Source: Octopus vulgaris
Lineage: Eukaryota
Direction of reading: 5' to 3'
Assembly (NCBI GenBank): GCA_951406725.2
Contig: OX597821.1
Location: forward strand, 43,648,001-43,712,000
DNA: 64,000 nt
Every line of letters starts with the position of its first letter. Positions within the stretch are counted from its first letter, which is position 1. Positions 43,000 to 56,618 of the stretch are shown in pieces. The notes beneath the pieces were generated by a model, which saw only the letters and a program-made list of their open reading frames with translations, was not told the origin of the DNA and made no database searches. Both the position numbers and the translations under genes were made by a program.

Positions 43000-44225
43000 G
43001 ACGACCAGTGTGGAAAAGAAGGGTCTGGAAGCTTAAGGATCCTCTGAATGGACAGAGATTTAGTGATGTATTACTTGAAGCTTTTAACAAAAAAGAGGAT
43101 GATATAACATCACATAATATGGAGGACAACTGGAAATTGCTAAGGGGTTAACCTGTTGAGGGTCACTGACCATATCTGTGGCTGGTGCAAAGTCATTAGG
43201 GAAAAGAAACAGGCATGGAAGGACTGGAAGTGTGGTGATAGCAGGGAACTGTATCAGATAGCTAGAAGGGAAGAGAGAAGTTTACTTAGCCAGAAGGGAA
43301 GCAGAAAAGAAGAAATTTGCCAATGTCCTTCATTGTGAGGACCAGATATTTGAAGTGTTTCAAATTGCAAAACAGTATGTGCGATGTCATAGGAGAGAAA
43401 TGTGTCCACATGGATGATGGTTCACTTGCATTTAATGATGCTGCAAAGAGGAAGACTTGGAGATGCCACTATGAAAGGTTGCTAAATGAAGAGAATGAAT
43501 GGGAGAAAGAGAATCTGCCGAATGTTGACCCAACAGAAGGACCAGCTCTCTGAATTGACAGTAGATAAAGTAATTAAGGGTATAAAAACAGGAAAAGCAC
43601 CTCGCCCATCAGGAATCACCACTGAGATACTTAAAATATCTGGTGATATAGGTTATAGTCTAATCGCCCATATAGTTAACCAGGTGATACCCAATGACTG
43701 GTGTAGCAGCTCTACAGTTAACTGCTACAAAGGAAAAGGTGACACCTTAGATAAAAATAATTACAGATGTATCAAATTTTTGGATCAGGTGATGAAAGTC
43801 ACCAAGAGGGTCATAGCCCAACTAATTAAGGAGAGAGTTAGTTTAGATTAGATGCAGTTTGAGTTTGTGCCAAAGAGAAGCAGCACTGATGCTATATTTC
43901 TGGTAAGACAGCTGTAGGAGAATTAGCCAAAAATATATCCCTGTACTTGGCTTTTGTTGACATGGAGAAAGCTTTTGATAGGGTCCCTCGATCCTTTATC
44001 TGGTGGAGAAGTCCTGGCAAGCCAAATGAGATTGTAGTCATAGTCGATGCCAGTGTTGTATAACTGGCTCATTTAAAAGCACCCGCCAATCGTCAGACAA
44101 TATGCTATGCTTGTGAAGACCTGTTGAACTGAGTGAACTCGATGCCATGGCCAATGCCAGTGCTGGTATCATGTAAAAAGCACCAGTTGAGGCCGGCCAT
44201 GCCTATGGCATGTAAAAAGCACCAA
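43000..44225 (+). mobile_element. RTE-clade LINE fragment (pre-RT and RT N-half joined to 3' UTR)
   Basis: KTGKAPRPSGI, YKGKGD..NYRCI, STDAIF, VDMEKAFDRVP, then a jump to an RTE-tail-like sequence. Confidence 0.85.
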
Positions 44226-44226
44226 A

Positions 44227-44377
44227 AATCTTCAGCCACTTACAGAATTTTCCAATTAAGAATGAAATCAACCTCTCTGTCTATATATCTACCTTCTTTA
44301 TAATGTTGGCAAATGAAATAGGAATAAGAATGTGCATTGTCCGTTTAATTGGAAAATTCTATAAGTGGCTGAAGATT
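44227..44377. repeat. 33-bp inverted repeat pair; adjacent 44437-44585 is homologous to 58131-58285
   Basis: 44227-44259 versus 44345-44377, one mismatch. Confidence 0.85.
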
Positions 44378-44582
44378 GCTCGACATTTTAAAACTGATGT
44401 AATATTTACAGTGTTTAATAAAATGAAGTAGCATGAAACAATTGTACTACTCTACCTTGGATATCCTTGTTGCTTATTTTGATTATAATCACCCCATTTG
44501 ATTTATATGGATAATACCATACAAAATTCTGGTGCCTTTAACTTAAGAACCATATTCATCTGAATCTAAATTTTGCTGAACT

Positions 44583-44615
<33 letters not shown>

Positions 44616-44707
44616 GTATACACGCACACACATAAGAAATGAAGGTGAAAATGCACAGAGAATATATTAGTATTAATTAGAATTTAATTATATTTTAAAG
44701 TATAGGA

Positions 44708-44748
44708 ATACACTTGACTGGTTTCATATCAAATTTTCCGAAGTGTAT
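44708..44748 (-). ncRNA. degenerate hammerhead-like motif
   Basis: atacactt-cggaaaa-tttgatat-GAAA-ccag-TC-aagtgtat: 8-bp stem I and a GUC site, but the CUGANGA box and stem II are broken. Confidence 0.4.
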
Positions 44749-45444
44749 AGTATATGGAGCTGTGTTGTGAAATATGTCCATTCTAGCTGTTGCGATAAAA
44801 ATAGTTTGTTTTTAAAGTAGGAATGTGGCTCTTTTAAGATACAAATTCATTGGTCAACAATCATGTTTTTAGTTCATGTTATAAGTGTGTGTGTATGTGT
44901 GTGTGTATGTATGTGTGTGTGTATGTATGTGTGTGTGTATGTATGTGTGTATGTGTGTATTCAGGTGTAGTATGAGTATACATACATGCATAAACATTTT
45001 ACGCCCTTAAGTCCAAGTTATATTTGGGCAGTGCTAAGAAATTATAAAAAAAGGAAAAACAACTCAAACATATCTAGGAGTGATTCAGTCAATTAGGTTT
45101 ATTGTTAGGTATTTATTTTGTTTCCATATTTCAGATGTAACTGTTACTTTATATTTTTATAGCATTTCCTCTCACCACACTCCCTGTGTGAGTCTGTGGG
45201 TGCATATGTGCACACACACATATGTGTGTATACATATATATATATATATATACATACAACCCTCTCTGTTATCTCTCATTACTTTTACCCTATCTCTTAA
45301 TCTATCCATTTCTCTCACCTTTTATACATATACATACATATACATACACACATACATACATACATACAAACATACATACATACATACATGCATATATATA
45401 TATCTATATCTATCTATATATATATATGTATATGTATGTATGTA

Positions 45445-45481
<37 letters not shown>

Positions 45482-47004
45482 ATATGTATATATATATATG
45501 TGTGTGTGTGTATATGTATAGTGTGTATATGTGTGTGTGTATGTATATATAATATCTTTATCTGTCTCTGCATTTATCTCTTGTTATCTAGCCGACCCTC
45601 CTTCCCTGACAATACTGTTACAGTATTTTACCTTTTGCTAGATAGGTTTCAAAGATATCTTTAAATCTGCAAGAGATTTCTATCGTTCTTTGCTGAATGT
45701 TTGCCAAGTTTATTTCTCTCTTCACAGATATGTACTTACTTCACAATTCTAATATAATCAGAGACACTAAAAGACAAACATATTATAAGCTGGAATGGCA
45801 AGATTCTTTGTTTTATTTATTTTTTATTTTCTTCTTTATTTATTTATTTTTGGAATAATTTCCTTAGTTCTTAGAATCTTTGAAACATTCTTGTCTGTTT
45901 ATATTGTATGTTGGATGTACTTCCTTTTGATATGTTTCAACATGTTAATACAATGTAGTGCTAATGTGTTGGAAAAATGTGGATATCAGGTTACACCTGA
46001 CATTGAATACATGTGTTTTTTGTTGTTGTTTAGCCCCAGGCTGGCCTGGTTTGAGCAGTCCTATGATCAAAGATGTTTTCACCAATGACCAACTCAACTT
46101 TTTCATGCAGTATATAACTTTGAGAAGGTAGACATTGCTGGAAATGTGTACCTTGTCTAAAACAATAGTGTGTAATTTGAGGGAAATTTGGCTGCTATTT
46201 CTACCACTTCATGTGATTAACACAGAGCAGAGGTTCCCAGTCTATAGGTCATCACACAAAATGGGTCACAAAATAATTCCGAAAGGATTACAAAGATGAA
46301 ATCAATAATTGTTTAAATATCTAATAAAATGTAAAATATGAATGTATTCATATATAGGTATGGCTGTGATTATAAATGGTTTTATATACAGAATCAGATA
46401 CACATACACAGATGCACATACCAGCCTACCTACCTACCTACCTACCTACCTACCTACCTACCTACCTACCTACCTACTTACCTACCTACCTACCTACCTA
46501 CTTCATGCATACATACATACATACATACATGCATGCATACATGCATACATACATACATACATACATACATACATACACACACACATACATACATACATAC
46601 ATACATATAAATACATATATGTATTTATATTTATTTAAATGCCGATATATACACATATGTAGATAATAAAAATTTGCAAGACCTCCTTAACATTTAAAGA
46701 ATAATAGTTAAAAGAAGATACTTTCCTTCACAACCTTGTTACCAAGTAGGTGGCAGTCAAGATTTACTCTACATTAAAAAGAGAAAGAGAAGAACATACA
46801 TACATACATACATATGTACGTATGTACGTACATACATACATACATTCGTACATACATTCATACATACATACATATATACATATATGTATTTATAGATACA
46901 CACACATATTTGTATATATGTGAGTGTGTGTGTCAGGTGGAGGGAAAACTGAAAGAAGCCTGTCATATGTGTGCGTGTGTATGTGTGTGTGTGTGTATGT
47001 GTGT

Positions 47005-47045
<41 letters not shown>

Positions 47046-47454
47046 CGTACATGCGCACATGTGTGTGTGTCTTTATGTGTGTGTGTGTGTGTCTACATAT
47101 TTGTGCTCCACCACTGCTTGACAACAGGTGATGGTGTGTTTACATCCCCATAACTTAATAGTTTAGCAAAATAAAACAACAGAGTAAATACCAGGCTTTG
47201 CAAAAAAATTATTCCTTTGACTAAAAGCGGTGCTCCAGCATGGCCACAGTCAAATGACTGAAGCAAATAAAAGAGTTAAGGAGTAAATTCTGACACAGGG
47301 TTTGTGCCTGTTATTGTGTAGTGGAGAGGAACTTGGTTTGTGCTTGTTATTACATAGTGAAGAGGAACTCTAGTCTTGCATCTCTAAAATAATATTTCAG
47401 TTTCGATTTGCTGATCCTAATTCCTGCTTGTCTTGCTTATAATAGTTTCTTGTT

Positions 47455-47850
47455 AAGGTGTCAAGCTGGTAGAAATGTTAGCACGCTGGGCAAAATGCTT
47501 GGTGGTATTTCATCTGTCTTTACGTTCTGAGTTCAAATTCCGCCGAAGTCAACTTTGCCTTTCATCCTTTCCGAGTCGATAAATTAAGTACTAGTTGAAC
47601 ACTGGGGTTACTATAATTGACTTGATCGTTTGCCTGTCCTTGTTTGTCCTCTCTGTGTTTAGCCCCTTGTGGGTAGTACAGAAATAGGTATTTCGTCTGT
47701 CTTTACGTTCTAGGTTCAAACTCCACCGAAGATGACTTTACCTTTCACCCTTTCGGGGGTCAATAAATTATGTACCAGTTGCATACTGAGGTTGATATAT
47801 TCGACTGTCCCCTCCCCCAAAACTTTGGGCCTTGTGCTTAGAGTAGAAAA
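47455..47850 (+). mobile_element. SINE family A, dimeric copy
   Basis: Same internal duplication and linker as 27-425. Confidence 0.8.
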
Positions 47851-47881
47851 GTATAATAGTTTCCTGTCTCTCTCTCATTAA

Positions 47882-48101
47882 CCCATTAGCATTAAGATTT
47901 CTTTGTGAAATGTATTGCTTATTTATTCACATTGTTTTGAATTAATCACACATCATCGTGTAGCTTCAACATTTTAATGATTGTTTATGTATTTTTTAGA
48001 ATGACATTGTAGGGTAGGTGTAAGAGGTTGGATCTGGTCTGTTTTAACATAAAAAAGGTAGAATATTTGGTCCAGATATGGCCGGATTAATTGCTAAAGT
48101 G
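47882..48101. mobile_element. piggyBac-type MITE
   Basis: TTAA flanks; homologous to 39868-40089. Confidence 0.8.
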
Positions 48102-48170
48102 TTAATTCCTCCTGTGAAAGTGTATGGCTCAGTGTCAGTAAAAGAAGTGGTGTGACAGTTAAAAAGGTAA

Positions 48171-49257
48171 CCCTTTCGTTACTATATTTCTGACCAAAAT
48201 ACACCCCTTATGTGTTTCAATTAATTTCTAACATAATCATAAATTTAGTCTGGTTTCATTAAACAACTATAACTTTTTTATTTATCAATATATTAATCTG
48301 ATTTTTGGAAGATAATTTAATGAAATGTTCTCAACCAATTCTATACTATAATTTTAGTCACAAAGTGACTCTAATTGCAGGTAGATACAGGTAAATTCAA
48401 CAAAATATAAAATTATTAAAATTTTTGTTCAAACATCGCTATAGAAAATGGGTTATTAGCTAATATTCAATTGGGTATACAACAAAATTTTACTATAGAA
48501 TTTGTTATTCTGGGTAACTTTCTGATACCCATAATAATATTTATGGCAAAATAGGCCTTAATTTCATTTAAGGTTGTGGGAAACCACAAACTATCCTTTC
48601 TTTCGCTTTGTTTACATTTAGCGTAACGGTTCGTTTCCGCCGTAATGATTTCAAATAGGTTCATTCGAAAAAGTAAATAGAAATGGTCTAAGGTTTTACT
48701 CTCCTGGAAAAGACTGTGGCTTGGTCCAGTTTCTTCAGAAAAATCACCGAAAGAAACAGTTTTTAAATTTTCACTCCATTCAGGTGCCAATTAATTTTCT
48801 TTATCACTGTCGGAGCTCTCGGATTCACTGTTTTCACTTTCGGAAAATGAAACATCGGATTCATTATCAAATACCTCGTGCATTTTTTTTCAGTCATAGA
48901 GTTAGATTTATCAAGGTCTTCAGTAGAAAAGCCTTCGAATTCTGACTCGCTGCTTGATATAATGAAATTCGTATCTATTTTTTGTCAGAATTACAAATTT
49001 TGAAAACACAATAGGAACAAATTTCGGAAAAAAATCTCCCAAAATTCACGGAATTAAAATTACACTTCGATCATTGTAGAAAACTGTAGATGAACTGTTT
49101 ACGAAGTATAATCACATGTTTTCACGAATGTACTAAAAAGATTTGCTCTGATATTCTCATTTAAATATGAATAGGTAAATATGGGCGGGTTTGGTCGGTT
49201 TGGTCACATTAACCAAAATTTTTTCGGGCGGCTTTGGGCGGTTTGATAATGAAAGGG
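48171..49257 (-). mobile_element. internally deleted piggyBac element
   Basis: TIRs ccctttcgtta/taatgaaaggg; flanks GTAA and TTAA; ORF 48467-48790 with ETNRYA..WFPTTLNEIKAY..IIMG (transposase N-terminal region), preceded by an acidic tract; catalytic core missing. Confidence 0.88.
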
Positions 49258-49379
49258 TTAAGAAACACTGCAATATATTGTTACAAATGTTTCACTTAAA
49301 TCTCTCTCACCCCCACAACAAATACACACACACACACGCACACACAAAAAAACACAAACACATAAACACACACACACAT

Positions 49380-49447
<68 letters not shown>

Positions 49448-49828
49448 TGGACTCTCCCGTTGTTAGACAATGTATGAGGGTTTGACAATTTCTTGCCAAA
49501 CAACTACACAGATGATTTGTTCATAGTGATCAAATGTTTATGTTCCCATAAGCTCACTCCCTCCATGTGTCACATGTCAGATGATGAAATTATCACAGAG
49601 CAACGTGAAATGAAATGTTTTTGCTCAAGAACACAATACAAATATTTCTTGCCAATAGAGAAAGATCCAGTTTATAACCTAGATCCAAGGCTCCTTCATC
49701 AGCAAAAGGGTAGTTTTGTATGTATGTATGTATGTATGTATGTATGTATGTATGTATGTATGTATGTATGTATGTATGTATGTATGTATGTATGTATGTA
49801 TGTATGTATGTATGTATGTATGTATGTA

Positions 49829-51457
49829 CAGTTGCGGCCAAAATGTTCAGAACGGCATTGTTTTTGTCAGAAAAGTAAGTATAAGTTTTTATCAAAGTTG
49901 TTTTATATTCTATAATTTTCACAGACAATAAATACAATATTAATTGTTATTGTCTAAGATTTTGGTGTAATTTGAGAGGATAATACAAAAGTTATGGATG
50001 ATTTAGTGATTTACTGCAAAACCCATGGCGGCGAAAATGATCAGAACGGTTGAAAAAATAACAAAATAATAAAAAATGACAGAGAATACTGGAATTATTT
50101 AATATTTAGTGTGAAGCCCTTTAGCTTCAATCACACTCTGACATCTTCGACTGCATGAGGAAATTAAATTTTCAATTTCTTGCTGGGTGATCTTATTCCA
50201 TTCTTCCTGAAGGGCATTCCATAATTGCTCAGTTGTTTTAGGATTTCTGGCTTTCGAACGTTCTCCTAGAATATTCCACACATTTTCAATAGGATTGAGA
50301 TCTGGGCTTTGAGCTGGCCAATCCATAACAATAACCTTTTCAGCCTTGAGGAAGTTCATGACCACCTTAGCCGTGTGACATTGGGCATTGTCCTGCATGA
50401 ATATGGGTGGTCGCTTAGTTGAATTTCTCAGCACAGGCAAGACATGATCTTTTACAAGTTGTTTATAAACTCCTGCATTTAACTTTCCATGTAATCGCAC
50501 CAAAGGGCCCACACCATCTCCAGATATCATTCCCCAAACCATGACACTTCCTCCACCGAATTTAACACTAGTCTTAAGGCATTTAGGTGACAATTTTTCA
50601 CCTACTTTTCTACGAACGTACCTTTTCCCATCTGAGCCAAATAGCATAAACTTAGATTCATCACTGAAATGCACCGTTTGCCATTTTTCTTGAGACCACA
50701 AAACATGTTCGGTTGCAAAGGTAAGACGACACTTTTTATTCTTGGAGCTGATCAGTGGCTTCACTGCAGGTGCTCTTGCTTGTAGGTCATGTTCAACTAA
50801 ACGACGAGACACAGTTTTTCGAGATAAAGTTTTCTTCAATACAATACTCATTTTCCAATAAACAGCAGCAGCAGTTTTAAATCTGTCCTTTTTAACCAAC
50901 TTTACCATAGCACGATCTTCTCTCTTGGTCGTTTTTCTTGGCCTACCTGTGAACTTTCTTGCTTCACACGAACCACAATCATCGTAGACCTTAAGAATAC
51001 CGTGTACCACACTTTTTGACTTGTTAACAATCTTTGCAATAGATCCAATACTTAAATTATCCTTCCTTCGAAGCTTAATAATCTGCTGACGAATTGGTAA
51101 CGGAGTAAGTGGCATTATATTAACAAAGTACACTGCAAATATTCTTACTAATGTTTAGTAAACGAACCGTCATGTAAAGAAATTCAAAACATTAGAATTC
51201 TCCGGTTAAATATACTAAAATATGGAGTAAAAGCAACCGTTCTGATCATTTTGGCCGCCATGGGTTTTGCAGTAAATCACTAAATCATCCATAACTTTTG
51301 TATTATCCTCTCAAATTACACCAAAATCTCAGCCAATAACAAATAATATCGTATTTATTGTCTGTGAAAATTATAGAATATAAAACAACTTTGATAAAAA
51401 ATTATATCTACTTTTCTGACGAAAACAGTGCCGTTCTGAACATTTTGGCCGCCAATG
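49829..51457 (-). mobile_element. full-length Tc1-family transposon, IR/DR type (1629 bp)
   Basis: TA on both sides; ~224-bp TIRs (49829-50052, 51234-51457), each with outer and inner direct repeats gcggc(c/g)aaaatg(t/a)tcagaacgg. Confidence 0.95.
50099..51115 (-). CDS. Tc1-like DD34E transposase, intact (338 aa from first ATG)
   Basis: N-terminal HTH-like region, GRPRK, FSDESKF, GGGSVMVWG, MQDNAQCH, SPDLNPIENVW; 34 residues between second D and E; no stops. Confidence 0.95.
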   Translation of the reverse strand: MPLTPLPIRQQIIKLRRKDNLSIGSIAKIVNKSKSVVHGILKVYDDCGSCEARKFTGRPRKTTKREDRAMVKLVKKDRFKTAAAVYWKMSIVLKKTLSRKTVSRRLVEHDLQARAPAVKPLISSKNKKCRLTFATEHVLWSQEKWQTVHFSDESKFMLFGSDGKRYVRRKVGEKLSPKCLKTSVKFGGGSVMVWGMISGDGVGPLVRLHGKLNAGVYKQLVKDHVLPVLRNSTKRPPIFMQDNAQCHTAKVVMNFLKAEKVIVMDWPAQSPDLNPIENVWNILGERSKARNPKTTEQLWNALQEEWNKITQQEIENLISSCSRRCQSVIEAKGLHTKY

Positions 51458-52381
51458 TATGTATGTATGTATGTATGTATGTATGTATGTATGTATGTAT
51501 GTATGTATGTATGTATGTATGTAGACATGCAGATTTTTTTTATGTATGTCTTCTGATGCATATACTTGCATATCTAGACATGCTCATATATACTTAAATG
51601 CTAAACCTCTGGAAAGTTTTACAGGTTTTTGCAGTTCCAGTGATGACTTGGATCTTTGTTCTTTCTGGTTTTGAGAAGCCTAATTTCTTACGATTGATAT
51701 TTAGGCAGTGTGTCACATATCCCAGTGCTCCAATAATTACAGGTATAAACTAGAACTTGTAATCTGGATAAAATAACTGCAGATATCCCAATAGTTCAGT
51801 GTAGGTATTCTCTTTTACACTGATCTTCAGCTTTATGTTAGCATCCGCTGGGCTGCTGATTTCCACAGCTGTACACAATTTCTCTACTCTGCCCCAAATC
51901 ATTATGTCAGGTCTGTTATATTTACATGTCATTGAGGTTTTCACTGCGACATTGCACTAGTACACCGTTTTCTTATGAGTGGCTATGGTTTCCACCATAC
52001 TGTGGGTTCTTATTTCTTTGTTCTTGGGGTTATCCTTTTGATGGATATTGTCCTAGCTACAACATCATGTCCCGTTGGTAGATAATACCGTGATGACATT
52101 TTTGGACAACTGCTTATGGTGTGGGGGATATCTTTGGTGTTAACTCCACAAAGTCCACATTGGTTGTCACCTTTACTGTTTTTCTGCATCTCTGTTCCTT
52201 TCATGCATCAGGTATTTGGTTGATATTTCCTGTTCCTTTCAGTTGCAGTTCAAGCTAGAGTTTTAGTGATAAACTAAATACAGCACAAATAAGACATACT
52301 TATTACTTTGTCAGTTGACGAAAACTCCTTATATATTCTGATGCATGTATGTACGTATGTAATGGCAATCTTCTAACAATC

Positions 52382-52442
<61 letters not shown>

Positions 52443-52932
52443 GAGAGAGAGAGACAGAGGGAGAGAGAGAGAAAGAAACAGGTGTTTTGCAGGATGTTAC
52501 CGGAGAGCAAAGCAAAGTAAAGAGTCATTAGTGATATATTCCCATTATTGATATATTCCTTTGACATAGACATATACAGGTCAGCTGCCTAGCAAAAGTA
52601 CTGCAATTGACTCATTGACCAACATTGTATGAATATGAAATATCTTCTCACTGACCACATGAATGCTATGTGGGATCATGAAAAATTAATGTGATTGCAA
52701 ACTTGACCACCAGATGATTACTCATGTCATAATGCTTTAATAAAAGATATGACCATCACTACATTATCACTTTCACTTATTTGTAAATCTGAGGCCTTGC
52801 ACCTACAGAAACCAATGTACTGTATCACATATTGTATCCTCATAGCCCTTAGTTCAACAAGGTTTAGTACAAATATCTCATTCATTGGGGTGGGAGTTGG
52901 GTATGTGACTTGTCTTTGGTTTGCATCAATAT

Positions 52933-53125
52933 CAGTGGTTCTCTCAATTAGGGTCCATATGGCCCTTAGAGGTCTATATAAAATTTTGTCATTAAAATTT
53001 ATCTGCAAATGAATTAGTTCTTTTAATATTTAATTATAAAAAATGCAATAGAATTTTTTAAAGCATTGAATGGTTATGAAGGTCTATTGGAGTAAAATAT
53101 GAATCAAACTGGCTGAAAAATACTG
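52933..53125. mobile_element. hAT-type MITE; partial second copy about 2600-2741
   Basis: Ends cagtggttctc / gaaaaatactg; 8-bp TSD atcaatat/atctatat (7/8 match). Confidence 0.7.
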
Positions 53126-53487
53126 ATCTATATGATGCAATCATAGAAATATAATATTGAGTTTGAGAAAATATAGTAATCAGACATGACTCTTCATAGC
53201 AAATATCAATAACATATTCACAGAATTAGTATTGATATTGCTAGTTACCATTTTCAGTTGGAGGTTAAAAACATTTAAGATATTGGCATTAATAAACCAG
53301 AAGTATAAACTATCGACAGATATCTCCATAGTGACAGAGAATTTGATGGATCCTAATTTCATATAAAAACCCGGGTGGGACATGAATATGAGAATAATGA
53401 ATAAGTTCAAATAGTTAGTAAGGTCCCTGTTGTAGGACATAGGCACTTTCCAATAGGATATATAGTACCAACATGAATACATACATT

Positions 53488-53540
<53 letters not shown>

Positions 53541-53880
53541 CATCATCATCATCATCATCATCGCTTAATGTCCGTTTTCCATGCTGGCATGGGTTGGATG
53601 GTTTAACGGGGGACTGGCAAGCAAGGAGGCCGCACCAAACTCCAATCTGATCTGGCAATGTTTCTACAGTTAGATGCCCTTCCTAATGCCAACCACTCCG
53701 TGAGTGTAGTGGGTGCTTTTTACGTGCCACTGTCACGGGAGCCAGTAAGTCGGTACTGGCATGGGTCACATTTGGATGGTGCTTTTTATGTGCCACTGGT
53801 ATGGGGAACCAGTCAGGCAGCACTGGCAATGACACATGCATGAATGGTGCTTATTGTGTGCCACCAGATATGTATATCTG

Positions 53881-54135
53881 TTAAAGCAGCAAAAACATCA
53901 CAAAAATATCACAAAAGACTGCTACTCAGAGTTTCATGTAGCTGTTTGTCAGACAGTTGTGATTAAGATTCTTAATCACAACAGTCCAACAAACGGGAAT
54001 GTGAAACTCTGTGTAGCAGTTTTTTGTGATATTCTTGTGATGTTTTTGCAGCTGTAATAATAAAGCATATTACTCTACCTCTGGTATTTGAGTACTATAT
54101 TCCCCACCTTGCTTCACATTTATGTGCTTACTCTG
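53881..54135. mobile_element. foldback pair of a short repeat, each arm with a decayed minimal hammerhead (53918-53957 -, 53981-54020 +)
   Basis: Arms 53881-53964 and 53974-54057; minus arm actgt-CTGACAA-acagctacat-GAAA-ctctgag-TA-gcagt. Confidence 0.7.
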
Positions 54136-54333
54136 GTATATATATATCTGTATGCATGTGTTTATACACACATGCATGCACATCTATTTACCTCAACTAC
54201 TATGCTTCATCTGTACAACAATTGTCCGACCTTTCCTCTAGGAACAAAAGAACTTAGACAAAGACAAAACAAATAGAACTTATTCATGGCCCATGCAATT
54301 TATATAATTTAAGCAAAAATATCTATCTATTTG

Positions 54334-54451
<118 letters not shown>

Positions 54452-54461
54452 CATCTGTCTA

Positions 54462-54518
<57 letters not shown>

Positions 54519-56046
54519 ATATATATATATATTTATATGTCTGCCTGTCTATATAGATAAACAGTCAGAGAGACAGATAGATTAATATAGGCATATCAAA
54601 TATGTACACATGTACACACACATACACATGTACACACATGCACACGCATGCATGCACACAGACACACATCTACATGCACACACAATTTTAGATGTCAAGT
54701 GTTACAAAACATAAATTCTTGATTTATTAAAAATTATCTGCACTTCTAGAAGATGGATCCTAATTACCAAATGGCAATTAAAACCACCTCCATGTGAGAA
54801 GAGGGGGTAATCTCAAGGATCAAGTATTTTCCAAAGCTGACATGCCATTAAGGAGATGGACAGACTTATCGTCTGGAGATTAGAAGACACTCAAGGACAC
54901 TTGTTTCTGCTTCATTGGATTTCAATACATCCCACTGGCCAGTCTGAATTATTTCTCTTGGTTCATTTTTGCTAAATTATGCAAATCACCTGGGTCATAA
55001 ATGCTTTATACCCTTTTTTGCATGTTTAATTCCCTTGGCTACTGGAAATAGGTTAGGATTATTGTCATGCTGATGATATCCATTGATGCAGAAACACTTG
55101 TCCATGACTATCCTCTTATCTTCAGACTATGAATCTTTCCTATTCCTTAATGTCATGTCAGTGTTGGAGAACTTTTGAATTGTGTGATTATTTCCCCCTT
55201 CTGGTCCTAATTCCTATCTGGCTATTGTGACACATCTTCTAATAGTACAATTGACTGTGACAAATCAGGAATTTATTTTGTATGGGACTTGATATTGCGA
55301 CATATGTCTATTTTGTTCAATGGCCCGTTTTTGTTTAATACATATACACACATACATACATACACACACATACACACACACACATACATACATACATACA
55401 TACATACATACATACATACATACATACATACATACATACATACGTACATACATACATACATACATATAATTATATATGTTGTCAATAATAGGTGTACTAT
55501 ATAAAAGGTGTCTTTAATAAATATTTCTTGAAAGAGGACTTTAGAAGCACTATGAACTGTGGGAAACTCTACTATAATACAAGTAATAAAGAAAAACCTC
55601 TCTCTCTTTCTCTCTCTGTGTCTTTTGTTTCCCTTATTCACTCTTTCACATTTGTATTATTTTCCTGTTTACATTGGATTGTTACTTGTTCAAGTTATTG
55701 CTTTTCTTATAGCTAACCACTCAACTATGAAATAAGTGTGGAAGTTGTTTTATTTTAACCAAGCAAACTGGAACAAATAGTATCCTGTACATTGCCCTTG
55801 GTTGTAGTTAGACACGAACTTTTGACTTTGTGGTAAGTAATCTTCCACCTTAACCTCAAAACTGTTGTACTTATGTAGTAACAGAATATACTGTGTAAAC
55901 GTAGATTATATATCAATGCCAATTTATTTCTGGACAACTGGTTTTTATTTATCATTGTTAATTAACTGAGAAAAATAAGACATAGTCTTGACTGGGCAGT
56001 TTACCTGCAATGGATTAACAGCCTATCAAGGGACAACTTTATTCCT

Positions 56047-56618
56047 CATCTAATTAATATTTATCCCAACTTAAATATGGATGTTCTGCTAGAACAAACT
56101 ACACTGCAGTAGTTACCACGAGAGATACTTGCATACTGGCTTTTGGTGCAAAAACCACTCTTGTTTATATCACTAGTCAGGAGATAGATCCTCACCACCT
56201 CCAGCACTGTGACCATCAATGACCATCAGATCTTGTGATTTCAATCTTATTTGGTTTTATCAATGATGTATGCTTGACTGCTAGAGGTAGCAGCGATGCA
56301 TCTCCCCAGACACTAGTGTTGCCAGTGAGCTTGTTAAAAAATATTTGTTAGCAACAGAAGCAGTATTAGCACTGAGAGGTAATAATCATCACTGCTTAAA
56401 CATTCATGTTCTGTTAGAACAAACTATACTGTAGAAGATACCATGAGAGAAATTCTCATATTTTAGTGGTCTCACTAAAAGCCAATATGATAGCTTCTCT
56501 TGTGGTAACCACCACAGTATAGTTTGTTCTAACAGAACATCTACATTTAAATATTACCTCTCAGCGTTAATACTACCCCTAAAGATCATAAATATCTTTT
56601 AACATCTAATTAATATTT
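56047..56618. repeat. composite direct/inverted repeat bounded by a 16-bp direct repeat
   Basis: catctaattaatattt at 56047 and 56603; ~55-bp motif near 56071 (+), 56396 (+) and 56495 (-). Confidence 0.7.

Larger units (their letters stand above)
49640..52240 (-). mobile_element. 5'-truncated R4-like element (11143 family) split by the Tc1 insertion
   Basis: 49640-49715 matches the extreme 3' end; 51520-52240 has CGLC..HTISSC, HDVVA and NRPDIMIW. Confidence 0.85.

Noticed and set aside
54730-55260. Possible LINE fragment
   Set aside because: Stops in the frame examined and no motif I could assign
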